The notes under the pieces are model-generated. The model saw only the letters and a program-made list of their open reading frames with translations. It ran no database searches and was not told the origin of the DNA. Of a stretch of DNA of 47,468 bases, positions 26,425 to 35,910 are shown piece after piece. This stretch comes from Clostridiales bacterium UBA1248. Lineage in GTDB: Bacteria > Bacillota > Clostridia > Oscillospirales > CAG-272. Position numbers and translations under genes: made by a program. The stretch covers positions 1 through 47,468 of the forward strand of contig DBWC01000047.1 of NCBI GenBank assembly GCA_002308615.1. Reading direction: 5' to 3'. Each line of letters starts with the position of its first letter. The first letter of the stretch is position 1.

Positions 26425-26439
26425 TATCGAATTTCGATA
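26425..26439. promoter_or_regulatory. Perfect 15-bp palindrome (candidate operator)
   Basis: TATCGAA-T-TTCGATA lies 9 nt upstream of the -35 box. Confidence 0.35.
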
Positions 26440-26590
26440 ATTTTTATTTCTTTTTTGCTTTGTGCGTTTAAAAGCGCCGCCGCATTTTTCCCGGGTGCGG
26501 CAATAAATATTTACAAATCCTTATTCTGTAACAGTTTAAATATAGGAAAAAAAGGGATATTATTTATAAAAAAACGGAGATACCGATAAT

Positions 26591-27637
26591 ATGAAAAAAC
26601 TGAGTGCGCTTCTGCTCTGCGCAATATTTATATTTACTTTATTTCTGACGTCGTGTCAGACTCTGCCGGACGAGACCGCCGCTTTGTCTTCGCAAACGGA
26701 GACGGCGGCGGAGACGACGACGGAAGAAAGCACCGTGGCAAAGACCGAGACGGAAACGGAGGAGGAGACCGAGACGGACTCCGAGACGGAGGCGGAACAG
26801 TCCTCTCCGTACGGAATGTTTACTATGGCGGACAACCCTGTCAACGCCGCGGTATCCTCGCCTTACGCCGTTCTGATCGACGCAAAGACAAAAGAGATAC
26901 TCTACATAAACTGCGAACCCGACAGAAAGATATATCCCGCGAGCACGACGAAGGTGCTGACGGCGTTAGTCGCTTTGAAATACTGTGAGCCGGACGTCGT
27001 CTTCAAACCCGGGGACGAGCTTACGCTTATAGCGTCCGACGCCTCCACGGCGTATATAAAAACTCACCACGAGCTTTCGCTTGAAATGCTTATAGAGGGA
27101 ATGATGCTCCCGTCCGGAAGCGACGCGTCTTACACCATCGCCGCGGGCGTGGGCAGGATAATCGCCGGAAACGACGCGCTGTCCGGCATAGAGGCCTCCG
27201 CCGTGTTCGTTGAGGAGATGAACAGATACGGCAAAGAGGAGCTCGGCCTTACCAACTCTCATTTCACCTGTCCCGACGGTTATCACGACGACGATCATTA
27301 TACGACGCTTATCGACATAATGACGATAGCGTATGCGGCGCTGTCCGATCCGATAATAATGAAGTACGCGGGACTCGAGCACGACGACGTAAGATACGCG
27401 AGCGGACATAAAAACTCCTGGACAAACAGCAACAAGCTATTGGATCCGGACAGCCCGTATTTTTACGAGCACGCGATAGGGATCAAGACCGGAACGACGG
27501 AAGAAGCCGGCTGCTGTCTTGTCTCGTGCGCAGCGTTCGGCACGAAAAAAGTTATCGCCGGCGTTTTCGGCGCCAAAAACAATAACGAGCGCTTTAAGGA
27601 TTCAAGAAATCTGCTCGTGATAGGAATGAGCAGATAA
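26591..27637 (+). CDS. D-alanyl-D-alanine carboxypeptidase (S11 family) lipoprotein
   Basis: Lipobox LTSC, a Thr/Glu linker, the SxxK motif in YPASTTKVLTAL, SGS, and KTGTT. Confidence 0.9.
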   Translation: MKKLSALLLCAIFIFTLFLTSCQTLPDETAALSSQTETAAETTTEESTVAKTETETEEETETDSETEAEQSSPYGMFTMADNPVNAAVSSPYAVLIDAKTKEILYINCEPDRKIYPASTTKVLTALVALKYCEPDVVFKPGDELTLIASDASTAYIKTHHELSLEMLIEGMMLPSGSDASYTIAAGVGRIIAGNDALSGIEASAVFVEEMNRYGKEELGLTNSHFTCPDGYHDDDHYTTLIDIMTIAYAALSDPIIMKYAGLEHDDVRYASGHKNSWTNSNKLLDPDSPYFYEHAIGIKTGTTEEAGCCLVSCAAFGTKKVIAGVFGAKNNNERFKDSRNLLVIGMSR

Positions 27638-27722
27638 CGCGGCTTTTTTGGATCATCCGTATTGACAAATAATACGGTATGTTGTATAATGGACAAGAAG
27701 ACAAAGTAAGGGGGGGAGAAAT

Positions 27723-28193
27723 ATGCCTGTATGCCCCGTATGCAAAACGTTTTCCGAGGAAGGAAAAGCGTACTGTACGGAATGCGGTACCAGACTGACA
27801 GATCCTTTGCCGCAGACCGCGGACGATAAGGCCGACTGGCAGACGAGATATAAGCAGTACAGCGGCAAGACCGACCGGTACGAACACCGTCCGGAGGTAC
27901 GGCAGACCCCCGTGCAAGCGGCGCCGTCCGACGGCGGCGTCACCGCCGTAAGCATCGTAAGTCTCGTTTTCGGGATCCTCGGCTTTGTTTGTCTTTTCCT
28001 CCCGCTTTTTTCGATACCGGGGCTCGTGACCGGCATAATAGGCACGGTCAAGGGCAAAAAAGTCATGGCGAAGATCGGACTCATACTCTCCGTCATAAGC
28101 CTGGTGTTCTTTACGATAGCCTTTATCATATCTGCGATAAACGGCTTTGACTTCAGCGCGATCAGTATTAAAAACCTCGTAAATATACGATAA
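27723..28193 (+). CDS. Zinc-ribbon membrane protein (DUF4190-like C-terminus)
   Basis: CPVC...CTEC at the N-terminus and two or three TM helices at the C-terminus. GGGGGAG RBS. Confidence 0.8.
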   Translation: MPVCPVCKTFSEEGKAYCTECGTRLTDPLPQTADDKADWQTRYKQYSGKTDRYEHRPEVRQTPVQAAPSDGGVTAVSIVSLVFGILGFVCLFLPLFSIPGLVTGIIGTVKGKKVMAKIGLILSVISLVFFTIAFIISAINGFDFSAISIKNLVNIR

Positions 28194-28223
28194 TCCACTA
28201 TTCAGTAAGAAAGGAACGTTATC

Positions 28224-28769
28224 ATGCCATACTGTTCAAAATGCGGCGCGCCGAACGAAGACGGCGTATCCTTCTGCACAAACTGCGGCACTCCGATGAA
28301 TAGCCAAAGACCTCAACCCCAACCCCAACCTCAACCTCAGCCCCAACCTCAGCCTCAGCCTGTTTATTACGCGCAGCCTCAGCCTCAGCCTCAACCGCAG
28401 CCCGTTTACTACGCACAACCGACGGCTCCCGTCAAAAAGCCCGTCAGCAAAGGCAGAAGCATAGCAAGCCTGATACTTTCCATTTTCAGCTTCATTCTGG
28501 CTTTGACCGCGCTCGGCACGTCGTTCATACCGGCGTACGGTCTTGCGTCCGGTCTTTCGTGCGCGTTTACCGGCCTTATAATGGGCATCGTTGCCTGCGC
28601 TCTGCGCAAGAGAGGTCTTGCGATAGCCGGTATAGTTATCAGCGCCATCTCGATAGTGCTTGCGATCGCCATGTTTATTATCTACGCGATAATCGGCGCC
28701 GGCGCCGCGGCTTTGAGCAACGGCGATTTTTCGAATCTGTTCAACGATATTATCAACAGTATCAAATAA
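28224..28769 (+). CDS. Zinc-ribbon membrane protein with (PQ)n repeats, paralog of the preceding gene
   Basis: CSKC...CTNC, then (PQ)n-VYYAQ twice, then TM helices. Confidence 0.8.
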   Translation: MPYCSKCGAPNEDGVSFCTNCGTPMNSQRPQPQPQPQPQPQPQPQPVYYAQPQPQPQPQPVYYAQPTAPVKKPVSKGRSIASLILSIFSFILALTALGTSFIPAYGLASGLSCAFTGLIMGIVACALRKRGLAIAGIVISAISIVLAIAMFIIYAIIGAGAAALSNGDFSNLFNDIINSIK

Positions 28770-28784
28770 AGCAATATCATAAAG

Positions 28785-28806
28785 GGCTGCCGCAAATGCG
28801 GCAGCC
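28785..28806 (+). terminator. GC-rich hairpin after the zinc-ribbon gene
   Basis: GGCTGCCGCA-aa-TGCGGCAGCC (10 bp), followed by only TT and preceded by AAA. Confidence 0.5.
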
Positions 28807-28808
28807 TT

Positions 28809-28879
28809 AATGAATTGCGCCGCAAAGCGGCGCATGAATTGTGTCTATTGACACATGAATTGTCTGACGGCATGAATTG
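28809..28879. repeat. Array of four (C/A)ATGAATTG boxes
   Basis: ATGAATTG occurs at 28810, 28834, 28855 and 28872 (spacing 24, 21, 17), separated by mini-hairpins CGCCGCaaaGCGGCG and TGTCtattGACA. Confidence 0.5.
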
Positions 28880-28898
28880 TCTCTTACGGGACATTAAA

Positions 28899-28920
28899 GG
28901 AGCTGCTTTGCGGCAGCCCC
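28899..28920 (-). terminator. Hairpin 3 nt downstream of the spoIIE stop
   Basis: Minus strand GGGGCTGC-cgcaaa-GCAGCTCC followed by TTTAAT. Confidence 0.45.
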
Positions 28921-28922
28921 TT

Positions 28923-31250
28923 TTATTTTACTTCCGCAAATCTAACGGCAAGGACCGTCATATCGTCGCGGCTGCCGTATCTTTGTTCCGCCTCCTCGAG
29001 CAAGGCGTCGCATATTGCCGCGGGATCTCTTTGCGTTATACTGCAGATCAGATCGCAGATCCACGGCGCGTCGTCTGACGAACCGGTTATGCCGTCGCTC
29101 ACCATTATCACAACGTCGTCCGCAAGCAGCTTGAACTCGACCTTTTCCGCGCACAGCTCCTTCATTATGCCGACGGGCGGGGTGTGAGAGGCTATGCGGT
29201 AGACTTTTCCTTTACGCAAAACGAACGACGGAGACGCTCCGCATTTGTAAAACGCCGTCTCGCCCGTCATAAGATCCGCCTCAAGCAGATCGACCGTTGA
29301 AAAGCACTCCGCGCGCCTTTGCCTGATTATCTGATTGAGCGCTTCAAGCGTTACGGCTCTGTCGCATCCGGCGTAAAGCAGTCTGCCCAAAACTATGCCG
29401 GACAGCCTTGACGACGCGGCGGCGTCCCTGCCGCTGCCCATGCCGTCGCAGACGGTGCAGAAAAGCCTGTCTTCACATTCGGTATAAAACGCCGTGTCGC
29501 CGTTGACTATCTCCTTCTCCTTCGGCTTGTCCGCTATGCCGACGTCCGCGGAAAGCAGCGGCGCGCTTTGCATACGGAGCACGGCGAGACCGGACGAAAC
29601 GGACACCTCCGGGTCGGACAGCTTTATGCGAAGAGCTTTTTCCGCCGCCGCTTTAAGCTCTCCGGCGCTCTGTTTTATGCGGCGGATGTCCGCGCCGGTA
29701 GCCGTGACGTACTTTTTTCTTTTTCCGCATACGACTATGTCGCCCGAAAAAAGCTCTCTGAAATAAGGCAAAGACGACAGGGTTTTCGCGCACGCCTCGT
29801 CTTGCTCCATACCGTCCTTTTCAACGCGCCGCGCGTAAAGGATCTTTGAAATGACGGCGCAGTCCGAGGAGACCACGCCCGCCTTGTCGTGATCCGCCAG
29901 TTTTTTTATATATTCGGACACTTTTATATTCAGCTTTACCGGTATAACGTCGGCGTGCGCGCAGACGTTTTTTATTTTTTCCGGCAGATCCGCGCTCTGC
30001 AGATTTCTTTTTTCCTCTATAAGAGAAGACATACGCAGAAGCTCTTCCTTTTCTATCCTGCCGCGCAAAGGAAAGCACTCGTACCTTTTTCCGCAGCCGC
30101 GGCAGAATTCGTCAAAGACCTCGCCGGACGCGGCGCAAAGCCCGGCTTTGTCCGGTCTTCTTTCGCTTGCGGATATATCCGCCGTAAGCTCCGATATGCT
30201 CTTATAAGCGTCCGCCAGCCTTTTTATCTCCTCTTCTCTGCGTTCAAGCCCGTCCATATACGACACGGTTTCGGAATAAGACGATAAAAGCGCCTTTACC
30301 TTTTTATCCGTAACGCCGTTTATCCGCTTTACGACTCCGAAATATTCCGACGCTGCGGCGACGCACGAAGCGGCGGCGGCCTCCGGCAGATTTGAGGTCA
30401 GCGCCGTGATGCCGCCCGTCTGCAGTCCCACGAAAAGCCCCGCGACGACGGAAAACAAAACGCCGATATAAGCGGAAAACGCCGATAAAAGACCGCATAA
30501 AAAGCCGACGGTGCCGAACATCGGGCAAAGCGATATGTCAACTGCGGCGCCGCATAAAAATCCCGCCGCAACGCCGCGCAGAGCGCCTCCGCGCCTCGCC
30601 GCGAAAAGAGTCAGAGCAAACGCGGAAAGCGCGGACAACGATACGCCGAGCAGAGCTGCGCCTTTTAGAGAGAGCACGAACGAAAACATCATCGCGGCAA
30701 GTCCCGCCTCGTATTTTTCCGTGTTTTTGTTTTCTTTATCCGTGAAGCAGGCGTACGCGTATACGGCGCCGCACGCGCAGAGTATGAAAAAAGCCGCCGC
30801 GAGAAGATCGTAATAACGGAAACCGTTATATATTATCCTTATAAGGGACACGGTCACGGATCCCGCCGCGGCGGAGGATATCCTTGAAGCAAGGCCGTCG
30901 TTCAAAGCGTAAAACGCAGATTCTTTCCTGTGCAGAAAAAACGACAGCGCGTATCTGAAGCCGAGCGCGACGAGCGCCCCCGATAAGTATATGACCGTGT
31001 TGTCGCCGCCTGCGGCGACAGCGGATACGATCAGCCCCGCGGCGGCAAACGGGATCCCCTCTCTTGCCGCGCATACAAAAGCGAGCCCGAGCGGCGCCGT
31101 CTCGAATATAAGTTCCGCCCCGCCGAACATATATGCTATGACGCCGTATGCCAGACCGTATAAAACAGCTGTTCTTTTTTCTTTTAAAAACTCCGTTATT
31201 TTTGCCGCGGCCGTACTTTTAGCCGGAAGCGATTTTGTTTTTTCTTTCAT
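28923..31250 (-). CDS. spoIIE: Stage II sporulation protein E (membrane PP2C phosphatase)
   Basis: About 10 N-terminal TM helices, a central regulatory region, and a C-terminal PP2C domain (CDGMGSGRDAA...SDGI...DDMTVLAVR). The ATG at 31248-31250 (MKEKTKS) with a GAGGAAA RBS is preferred to the track start at 31298. Confidence 0.93.
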   Translation of the reverse strand: MKEKTKSLPAKSTAAAKITEFLKEKRTAVLYGLAYGVIAYMFGGAELIFETAPLGLAFVCAAREGIPFAAAGLIVSAVAAGGDNTVIYLSGALVALGFRYALSFFLHRKESAFYALNDGLASRISSAAAGSVTVSLIRIIYNGFRYYDLLAAAFFILCACGAVYAYACFTDKENKNTEKYEAGLAAMMFSFVLSLKGAALLGVSLSALSAFALTLFAARRGGALRGVAAGFLCGAAVDISLCPMFGTVGFLCGLLSAFSAYIGVLFSVVAGLFVGLQTGGITALTSNLPEAAAASCVAAASEYFGVVKRINGVTDKKVKALLSSYSETVSYMDGLERREEEIKRLADAYKSISELTADISASERRPDKAGLCAASGEVFDEFCRGCGKRYECFPLRGRIEKEELLRMSSLIEEKRNLQSADLPEKIKNVCAHADVIPVKLNIKVSEYIKKLADHDKAGVVSSDCAVISKILYARRVEKDGMEQDEACAKTLSSLPYFRELFSGDIVVCGKRKKYVTATGADIRRIKQSAGELKAAAEKALRIKLSDPEVSVSSGLAVLRMQSAPLLSADVGIADKPKEKEIVNGDTAFYTECEDRLFCTVCDGMGSGRDAAASSRLSGIVLGRLLYAGCDRAVTLEALNQIIRQRRAECFSTVDLLEADLMTGETAFYKCGASPSFVLRKGKVYRIASHTPPVGIMKELCAEKVEFKLLADDVVIMVSDGITGSSDDAPWICDLICSITQRDPAAICDALLEEAEQRYGSRDDMTVLAVRFAEVK

Positions 31251-31552
31251 TTTGACGTTTCCTCTTCCTTTTTCGGTATCACACATATAATACAGCAAGC
31301 AAAGCGATAAACGTGTCGCAGTCTCGTGTCGCAGAATACTTTTTTCTTGCGATAAAAAGAAAAGAAACGGCCGCTTTTTGTGTTAATATCCGTTTTAGTC
31401 GCCGTATGACGAGATTTAGCGCACGGTTTTTCAAAAGCGCGTACGGGCTGAAAAATAATTTGAAAAAATGTGCAAAACGGATTGAAAAGTTTAAAAAAAT
31501 ATGTTATTATATAGTAAATTAGCACAATATTATTTACAGAGAGGATATGACG

Positions 31553-33028
31553 ATGAAAAAGGTTTTATGTGTTATGTTCGCCGCTCTTATGTCCTTATCC
31601 GTATTCTTTGCGGCGGGATGCGCCGAGAAGCCGGATCAGCCCGTGACGGCCGACGTGACGACCGTTGAGGAGACGACGGAGCCTGAGGTGACGCAAGTTC
31701 CGGACGATCTGCCGACAGTCAACTACAATAAAAGAGTTTTCCGTGTGATCCTTCCCGACGGTATGCAGGCAAGCGACGTGTATACCGAGGATCACGAGAC
31801 CGCGGATCCTTTGCACGACGCCGTTTTTAAGAGAAACAACAACGTTATGGAGCGCTTCGGCATAGAGCTTGACGTTTCAACGGACGAATACTCCGCCGTC
31901 AACACAAAGATCAGAAACAGCGTAAAAGCCGGCTCTGACGATTACGATCTTTGCTTCGTACATATGGTGAGCGGCGCGGCGCTCACGCAGGACAATCTCG
32001 TTCTGCCGTTTGAAAAGCTGCCGTACGTGGATCTTTCAAAGCCCTGGTGGGACAAAGCCATAGGCAACGGCTTCTCCATAAGGAACAACCTTATGATGGT
32101 AAACGGAGATATAAGCCCGACGAGCTTCAGCACGACGTCCTGCCTGTACTTCAACAAAACGATGTTCGACCGTCTTGATATGGAATATCCGTATCAGCTC
32201 GTAAAAGACGGCGAATGGACGCTTGACAAGCTGTTTGAAATGACAAAAGACATAACCGAGGACAAAGACGGCGACAGCAAGGTAACGCCGGAAAGCACGG
32301 CTGACGTTTACGGTCTTGCCTCGTGGTATCTCGACGTGCCGTACAGCTTCTATTATGCGGCGGGCGGTATGCTCGTATCAAAGGACGAGGAAGACGTGCC
32401 GTTTTATGATCCGCAGCTTGAACGCGATACGATGATATACGATAAGATCTATAAAGTAATAATCACGAACAACGCGTATTACGAGACGAAGATCGACAAT
32501 TTCCCGAACGTGGCAAAGGTGTTTGCGGACGGCAGAGCGTTATTCTACGACGCAAAGCTGGCAAGCGCCGAGGAGCTGCGCGATATGGATAACGATTTCG
32601 GTATCCTTCCGGTCCCGAAGTTCGATTCCGCGCAGTCAGATTACAAATCCTTTGTCAACGGCGCGGCGAGCATGGTATGCGTGCCGGCGACGGTAAAAGA
32701 AGCCGACCGCGATTTCGTTTCGATAATCATCGAAGGTATGGCGTCCGAGGCTTACCGCGTGGTAACGCCGGTCCTTTACGAGACGTATCTTAAACGTAAG
32801 GTCACGCGTGACGCGGAATCCATGGATATGATAGACTACATAGTAAGGAACCGCGTGTTCGATATGGCGTACGTCAATATGCACGACGGCGTAGGCTCAT
32901 ACGTAAGGGATCTTTTGCAGAAGGGCTCCACGGATATTTCAAAAACGCTGCAGAGCTATAAAAAATCCGCAAAGAAGCGTATAGAAAACATAGTAAAAGC
33001 CTTTGACAAGACCATGGCAAACCAGTAA
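31553..33028 (+). CDS. ABC transporter extracellular solute-binding lipoprotein (sugar type)
   Basis: Lipobox FFAAGC, a Thr/Glu/Val linker, and ~490 aa of family-1-like SBP. No permease or ATPase genes are adjacent. Confidence 0.85.
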   Translation: MKKVLCVMFAALMSLSVFFAAGCAEKPDQPVTADVTTVEETTEPEVTQVPDDLPTVNYNKRVFRVILPDGMQASDVYTEDHETADPLHDAVFKRNNNVMERFGIELDVSTDEYSAVNTKIRNSVKAGSDDYDLCFVHMVSGAALTQDNLVLPFEKLPYVDLSKPWWDKAIGNGFSIRNNLMMVNGDISPTSFSTTSCLYFNKTMFDRLDMEYPYQLVKDGEWTLDKLFEMTKDITEDKDGDSKVTPESTADVYGLASWYLDVPYSFYYAAGGMLVSKDEEDVPFYDPQLERDTMIYDKIYKVIITNNAYYETKIDNFPNVAKVFADGRALFYDAKLASAEELRDMDNDFGILPVPKFDSAQSDYKSFVNGAASMVCVPATVKEADRDFVSIIIEGMASEAYRVVTPVLYETYLKRKVTRDAESMDMIDYIVRNRVFDMAYVNMHDGVGSYVRDLLQKGSTDISKTLQSYKKSAKKRIENIVKAFDKTMANQ

Positions 33029-33046
33029 AGCCGTATAAACAAGAGG

Positions 33047-33083
33047 GGGAAACGAAACGCATATAAAGACCGTTTCGTTTCCC
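33047..33083 (+). terminator. Strong 13-bp hairpin between the SBP and the mannosidase gene
   Basis: GGGAAACGAAACG-11 nt-CGTTTCGTTTCCC, then TTCTATAT (a poor T-run, so possibly a partial terminator or processing site). Confidence 0.5.
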
Positions 33084-33111
33084 TTCTATATAAATAAAGA
33101 AAGGATCTAAT

Positions 33112-35898
33112 ATGACTTATCTGCAGAAATTAAAAACGCTTGATAATTACAGAGCAAACGGAAAGCACGCGGAGCGCATCTGTTCCGAGCTGACGTACTT
33201 AGACGGCATATCAAAAACACAAAACGGCAAATTTGACAGCCTTATTGAGCAGGCGGCGGATCTTCTGCTCGCCGATATAAACGAAAACGGCGTTATGACG
33301 AAGGCCGCGGCAAACAAAGCGGAGCTGCTTCTTATGCCGCTTCAGCCGGAGGCGAAAAAATACACGGAGCTATTCATATCCCACGCGCATATAGACATGA
33401 ACTGGATGTGGGGATATAACGAGACGGCGTCTTTGACCGTGGACACGTTCCGCACCGTACTGCAGCTCATGAAGGAATTCCCGGATATGACGTTCGGTCA
33501 GTCGCAGGCGTCGACCTACGAGATAATAGAAAAATTCTGCCCGGAAATGCTTACCGAGATAAAGGAAAGGATAAAAGAGGGCAGATGGGAGGTCACCGCG
33601 GCGGAATGGGTGGAGCCGGACAAAAACATGCCGGACGGCGAATCGCTTACGCGCCAGATGCTCCAGTCGAGAAAATATCTGTCAAAGCTGCTTGACATAC
33701 CCGCGGGATCGCTTGACATAAACTTCGTTCCGGACACGTTCGGCCACAATATAAACGTGCCGGAGATACTTTCCGATATGGGCGTAAAATATATGTATCA
33801 CTGCAGAGGTCACGAGGGACCCTGCGTTTACCGCTACGCTTCCCCGTCCGGCAAGAGCGTGCTCGTTTACCGCGAATACGCGTGGTACAACGGCGATATA
33901 GCTCCGTTCAAATTCGAGATAGTGCCGCGCTTCTGCGAGAATGAAAAAGTAAACACGTATCTGTGCGTTTTCGGCATAGGCGACCACGGCGGCGGACCGT
34001 CGCGCCGCGATATAGAGCGCATAGAAGAATACAAGACCTGGCCGCTTACGCCGGTGATCCGCTTCGGCACGTTCAAGGAGTATTTTAAAATACTTGAGCA
34101 GAGCGGTCTTGATTTCCCGGTGTACGGCACGGAGCGCAACTTCTTATTCACCGGATGTTATACGACGCAGTCGAGGATAAAGATGGCTAACCGCATATCG
34201 GAAGCCCGCCTGAACGAGACGGAAGCGCTCTCCGCGGAGGCGTCGCTTCTTGCCGATGCTCAAAGAGAGCCGGACAGGCTCGACCGCGCGTGGAGAAACA
34301 CGCTTTTCAACCATTTCCACGACATACTTCCCGGCTCCGGAACGGTGGAAACGCGCGAGTTCGCGCTCGGCCGCTTCCAGGAGGCAATGGCCGATCTGAA
34401 CATATATTCAAATCTGTCCATGCGCCGTATTTCGGAGGCGACGGACACGTCCTCCATACCGTTTACCGAGGGCAGGGAGACGATAGCCGAGGGCGGCGGC
34501 GTCGGATATTTCCAGTCGCAGAACACACATTTCAAATTCACCGCCGCCGAGCGCGGAAACGGACCGGTGCGCGCGTTCCAGCTTTTCAACACGACCGGCT
34601 TTGACAGAAACGAATATACGGAGATAACCGTCTGGGACTATTGGAACGGCTTTGCGGAAGCCGTTATGACGGATGAGGACGGGGTCGAAATACCGTTCTG
34701 CGTGTTAAGCGAGGGGAACGGATACTGGGGACACCAGTTTGCCGTGCTTTTGGTAAAGGCGAGCGTACCCGCGTTCGGATATTCGACCGTGATACTGAAG
34801 CAGCGCGAGCCGGACGGTCACAAGACCGTTATCCCGCACGTATACGAATACGTCGACACGCATATAAACGACGAGCCGCTTTATATGGAAAACGAACTTG
34901 TAAAAGCCGTATTTGAAAAAAAGAGCTGCCGTCTTATAAGCCTCATAAACAAAAAGACGGGCCGGGAGATGATAAAGGAGCCGTCGTGCTATTTCAGATA
35001 CGCGGACGAAAACCCCGTGTACGGCATGACGAGCTGGCGCGTAGGTCCCTATATGACGACGCGCGATCTTAACGCCGAGTGCGGCGTAAGATTCACGGCG
35101 CTTGCAACGCATCCGCTTTACTGCCGCATTGTTTATGAAATGAGCTTCGGCGAATCGCGCCTGACCTGCACCGTGACCCTGAAAAAAGACAGCCCCGTGC
35201 TTGAATTCGATACGTGCGTCGACTGGAGCGAGGCGGCGGTACACGGACAAAAGATACCGCAGATAAGCTTTGCCGTACCCGTGGGCTACGACAACGGCGG
35301 AGAATTCTCTGCCGATATACCCTACGGCGTGATAAAGAGAAAACAGCTCGCCCACGATATCCCGGCGCTGTCATATATCTGCGCGGATAACGAAAACGGG
35401 TCGCTTGCGCTTATGACCGACACGAAATACGGCTGCAGATATTACGATAACGTAATGTCCGTAACGCTTATCAGATCGGCTTATAATCCCGATCCGTACC
35501 CGGAGCGCGGTATACACAATATCCGCATAGGCGTAGCGGTGTGCGAGCCGGAGCAGGCAAAGGATATTTCAAAGGCGTTCTGCAGCCCCATAGCGTTTTT
35601 ATCCGCCACAAAACACGGCGGCTCTCTGCCGCTCAAAGCATCGGCGCTGTCCGTCTCCGGCGACGCGGTCGTATCCTGCGTTAAAAACTCCGAGGACGGA
35701 GAAGGCGTCACGGTAAGACTTTATAATACGGACAAAGCTGAAATAAAAGAGCAGCTTTCGTTCTTCAAAGCTCCCGCAAAAGCTTATATCTGCCAAAGCG
35801 ACGAGAAAACCAGACTCGGCGAGGCGGAGATAAACGGAAAGTCGGTGCTCGTAAACGTACCGGCTTACGGCACGGTAACGGTCACGGTATATTTTTAA
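33112..35898 (+). CDS. Alpha-mannosidase, glycoside hydrolase family 38
   Basis: 928 aa with SHAHIDMNWMWG, FGQSQAS, WVEPD, FVPDTFGH and GDHGGGP. Confidence 0.93.
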   Translation: MTYLQKLKTLDNYRANGKHAERICSELTYLDGISKTQNGKFDSLIEQAADLLLADINENGVMTKAAANKAELLLMPLQPEAKKYTELFISHAHIDMNWMWGYNETASLTVDTFRTVLQLMKEFPDMTFGQSQASTYEIIEKFCPEMLTEIKERIKEGRWEVTAAEWVEPDKNMPDGESLTRQMLQSRKYLSKLLDIPAGSLDINFVPDTFGHNINVPEILSDMGVKYMYHCRGHEGPCVYRYASPSGKSVLVYREYAWYNGDIAPFKFEIVPRFCENEKVNTYLCVFGIGDHGGGPSRRDIERIEEYKTWPLTPVIRFGTFKEYFKILEQSGLDFPVYGTERNFLFTGCYTTQSRIKMANRISEARLNETEALSAEASLLADAQREPDRLDRAWRNTLFNHFHDILPGSGTVETREFALGRFQEAMADLNIYSNLSMRRISEATDTSSIPFTEGRETIAEGGGVGYFQSQNTHFKFTAAERGNGPVRAFQLFNTTGFDRNEYTEITVWDYWNGFAEAVMTDEDGVEIPFCVLSEGNGYWGHQFAVLLVKASVPAFGYSTVILKQREPDGHKTVIPHVYEYVDTHINDEPLYMENELVKAVFEKKSCRLISLINKKTGREMIKEPSCYFRYADENPVYGMTSWRVGPYMTTRDLNAECGVRFTALATHPLYCRIVYEMSFGESRLTCTVTLKKDSPVLEFDTCVDWSEAAVHGQKIPQISFAVPVGYDNGGEFSADIPYGVIKRKQLAHDIPALSYICADNENGSLALMTDTKYGCRYYDNVMSVTLIRSAYNPDPYPERGIHNIRIGVAVCEPEQAKDISKAFCSPIAFLSATKHGGSLPLKASALSVSGDAVVSCVKNSEDGEGVTVRLYNTDKAEIKEQLSFFKAPAKAYICQSDEKTRLGEAEINGKSVLVNVPAYGTVTVTVYF

Positions 35899-35910
35899 AG
35901 GAGTGTTATA

